From positions 32,001 to 96,000 of the forward strand of contig CBDCTA010000029.1 in the NCBI GenBank assembly GCA_965221955.1: a DNA stretch of 64,000 nt, in the 5' to 3' direction. This DNA is from Gammaproteobacteria bacterium. GTDB lineage: Bacteria; Pseudomonadota; Gammaproteobacteria; UBA4575. Both the position numbers and the translations under genes were made by a program. The notes below the pieces were generated by a model. That model searched no databases and was not told the origin of the DNA. It worked only from the letters and a program-made list of their open reading frames with translations. Shown here piece after piece: positions 62,431 to 64,000 of this stretch (its first letter is position 1; each line of letters begins with the position of its first letter).

Positions 62431-63288
62431 TCAACTAGGCCCTGTTTTTTTACGTGTTATTTGGACAACACGTTCAGTAGCGAGGTTCAGGTTGCGAGAA
62501 CGGAAGGGCTCTAGCAGCCACGCGATTGGTGAAAAACATAATTCACGTGCTTCAGGCAAGCCTAAAGCATCTATCGGTTTGGTGGTTGCACCGTCTTCTT
62601 CTGGCTGAGAGTACGTACCAAACAGGCGATCCCAAATACTTAAAATAGTTGAAAAGTTAGCATCACCATAGCGTCTGTCTACCGCATGGTGAGAGGCATG
62701 AAATCTAGGTGTCACAATAATCCACGATAGCCAGCGTTCAACCCAGTTGGGGAAATCGATATTGCTGTGATGAAATTGAGCACACAAGCTAATGAGTGCT
62801 TCAAATAAAAACCAGGCCACAACAGTGGGTCCCCAAATGACAACCCAAGTGGCTTTAACAAAACCAGAGACGATTAACTCGGTTGGGTGAAAACGCAGTG
62901 CTGTAGTTACATCCATTGCGGTGTCTGAATGGTGAGCTTTATGGAAGCGCCATAAAATTGGAACACGATGGTTCGCACGGTGCCAAATGTAGTCAAAGAA
63001 ATCGAGTACTACGATGGATAAAATGATTTCTGTCCAACCATAAATTTCCAACCAACGTGAAATGCCCCAACCTTCTTCTTCTACATATACTACCCAAAGC
63101 AAAAAAGGCACGTAGATCAGAATGCGAATAATCACGGTGTTTAAGGCTGCAATACTGCCATGAAATGCAATTCGCTTAAGGCGTGAATCCTGCCATTCAC
63201 GTGTAGGAAATAATGTTTCGACAAGCAGAAATAAAAATAGTCCTCCAAGGAAGACGATGAGTTTGCCAGTGTCTAAATTGATCTCCAT
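62431..63288 (-). CDS. Sterol desaturase/fatty acid hydroxylase family protein
   Basis: His boxes HRANH, HKAHH, FHHSN, HASHH; NFSTILSIWDRLFGT. Confidence 0.9.
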   Translation of the reverse strand: MEINLDTGKLIVFLGGLFLFLLVETLFPTREWQDSRLKRIAFHGSIAALNTVIIRILIYVPFLLWVVYVEEEGWGISRWLEIYGWTEIILSIVVLDFFDYIWHRANHRVPILWRFHKAHHSDTAMDVTTALRFHPTELIVSGFVKATWVVIWGPTVVAWFLFEALISLCAQFHHSNIDFPNWVERWLSWIIVTPRFHASHHAVDRRYGDANFSTILSIWDRLFGTYSQPEEDGATTKPIDALGLPEARELCFSPIAWLLEPFRSRNLNLATERVVQITRKKTGPS

Positions 63289-63442
63289 GCGATAACTATA
63301 TGCTAAAAACTATGATTCAGAAATTGAATACTAGATCGCAAAACTAAACGAATAGTTTGGCCCTCTACATGAGACCGGAGAGCTTGAATTATGCTTACAA
63401 AAATTTTGACCACAATTTTACTGTGGCTAAGAAGTATACGAT

Positions 63443-64000
63443 TTAGTCGTTTAAAGCAATCGTTCCTGATTGTTTAAAGTTTTCGATATGCGCTGAAAAT
63501 TTTCCAGCATCCATAAAACCTACTACACGGAAGTTGCGTAGCTCATTTCCAGAAGGTTCATAGAATAAAATTGCTGGTGGGCCAAATAAACCTAATTCTT
63601 TTAATAAAGCTTTGTCTTGTTCATCATTCTTTGTTACATCCGCTTGCAACATTACGAAATTATTTAATGACTTTTGCACGCCACCATCACTAAAGGTAAA
63701 AGCTTCCATTTCTTTGCAGGATATACACCAATCCGCATAAAAATCTAACATTACGGGCCGGCCTTCTTTCGCTGCTTGGTTTAATGCTGTTTGCAGACCC
63801 TCTATACCTTTGATTTGTTGGAACGGAAGCGCATGTTCTGAGCCTGAACTAGAATGTGCGGCATCGTTATTCGCCAATTGTGTAGAACCCGCAATCCCTT
63901 GTAGTGGTTGTAACAAACTATGGCTTCCACCTGCCGCACCAATTACAAGAATGGCACCATATACAAGTGAAATAAGACCGAAACCTTTCCATAATTTAGA
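63443..64000 (-). CDS. dsbD: Thiol:disulfide interchange protein DsbD (C-terminal part)
   Basis: Last TM helix plus thioredoxin domain LDFYADWCISCKEME, ADVT, GPPAILF; frame is open to the window edge. Confidence 0.93.
   Translation of the reverse strand, partial: SKLWKGFGLISLVYGAILVIGAAGGSHSLLQPLQGIAGSTQLANNDAAHSSSGSEHALPFQQIKGIEGLQTALNQAAKEGRPVMLDFYADWCISCKEMEAFTFSDGGVQKSLNNFVMLQADVTKNDEQDKALLKELGLFGPPAILFYEPSGNELRNFRVVGFMDAGKFSAHIENFKQSGTIALND

Overview
A gene-dense, moderately AT-rich gammaproteobacterial chromosome segment, mostly housekeeping. In order: pilMNO/mrcA, hemE, rpsU-yqeY/tsaD, plsY, bioHC, an aa3-type cytochrome c oxidase cluster, rpoH with a perfect CIRCE, ftsYEX, an M16 peptidase pair-rsmD-coaD-ggt, mutM, an XanB2/FkbO-like chorismatase, a Gld-like ABC system, a desaturase, rpmBG, folBK/folM, cca, trxA-rho, purD/purH, fis-dusB-prmA-accCB-aroQ, msrA and dsbD. 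I saw no tRNA, rRNA, CRISPR array, transposase or integrase. The most unusual feature lies between the convergent desaturase and rpmG genes (about 36.95-39.0 kb). It is an integron-like array of three small co-oriented genes separated by 28-bp palindromic sites (11-6-11 geometry, e.g. ATGTCCGCTTT-GGGTCG-AAAGCGGACAT) that are neither attC nor dif. The array is bracketed by two outward-facing structured non-coding elements. Decayed copies of the same site appear to flank ppa and a flavin reductase between folK and folM, which suggests a second, older array. Other points: an orphan Nu1-like HTH gene between rpoH and ftsX, a sigmaE-like promoter overlapping the CIRCE, an exported EHAG-repeat protein cluster, and several unannotated small ORFs. 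Single-base frameshifts (mrcA, hemE, gldG, two cassette genes) and a scrambled folK start suggest sequence or assembly errors, so those breaks should be read cautiously. All product calls come from recognised motifs and gene order; no database search was run.
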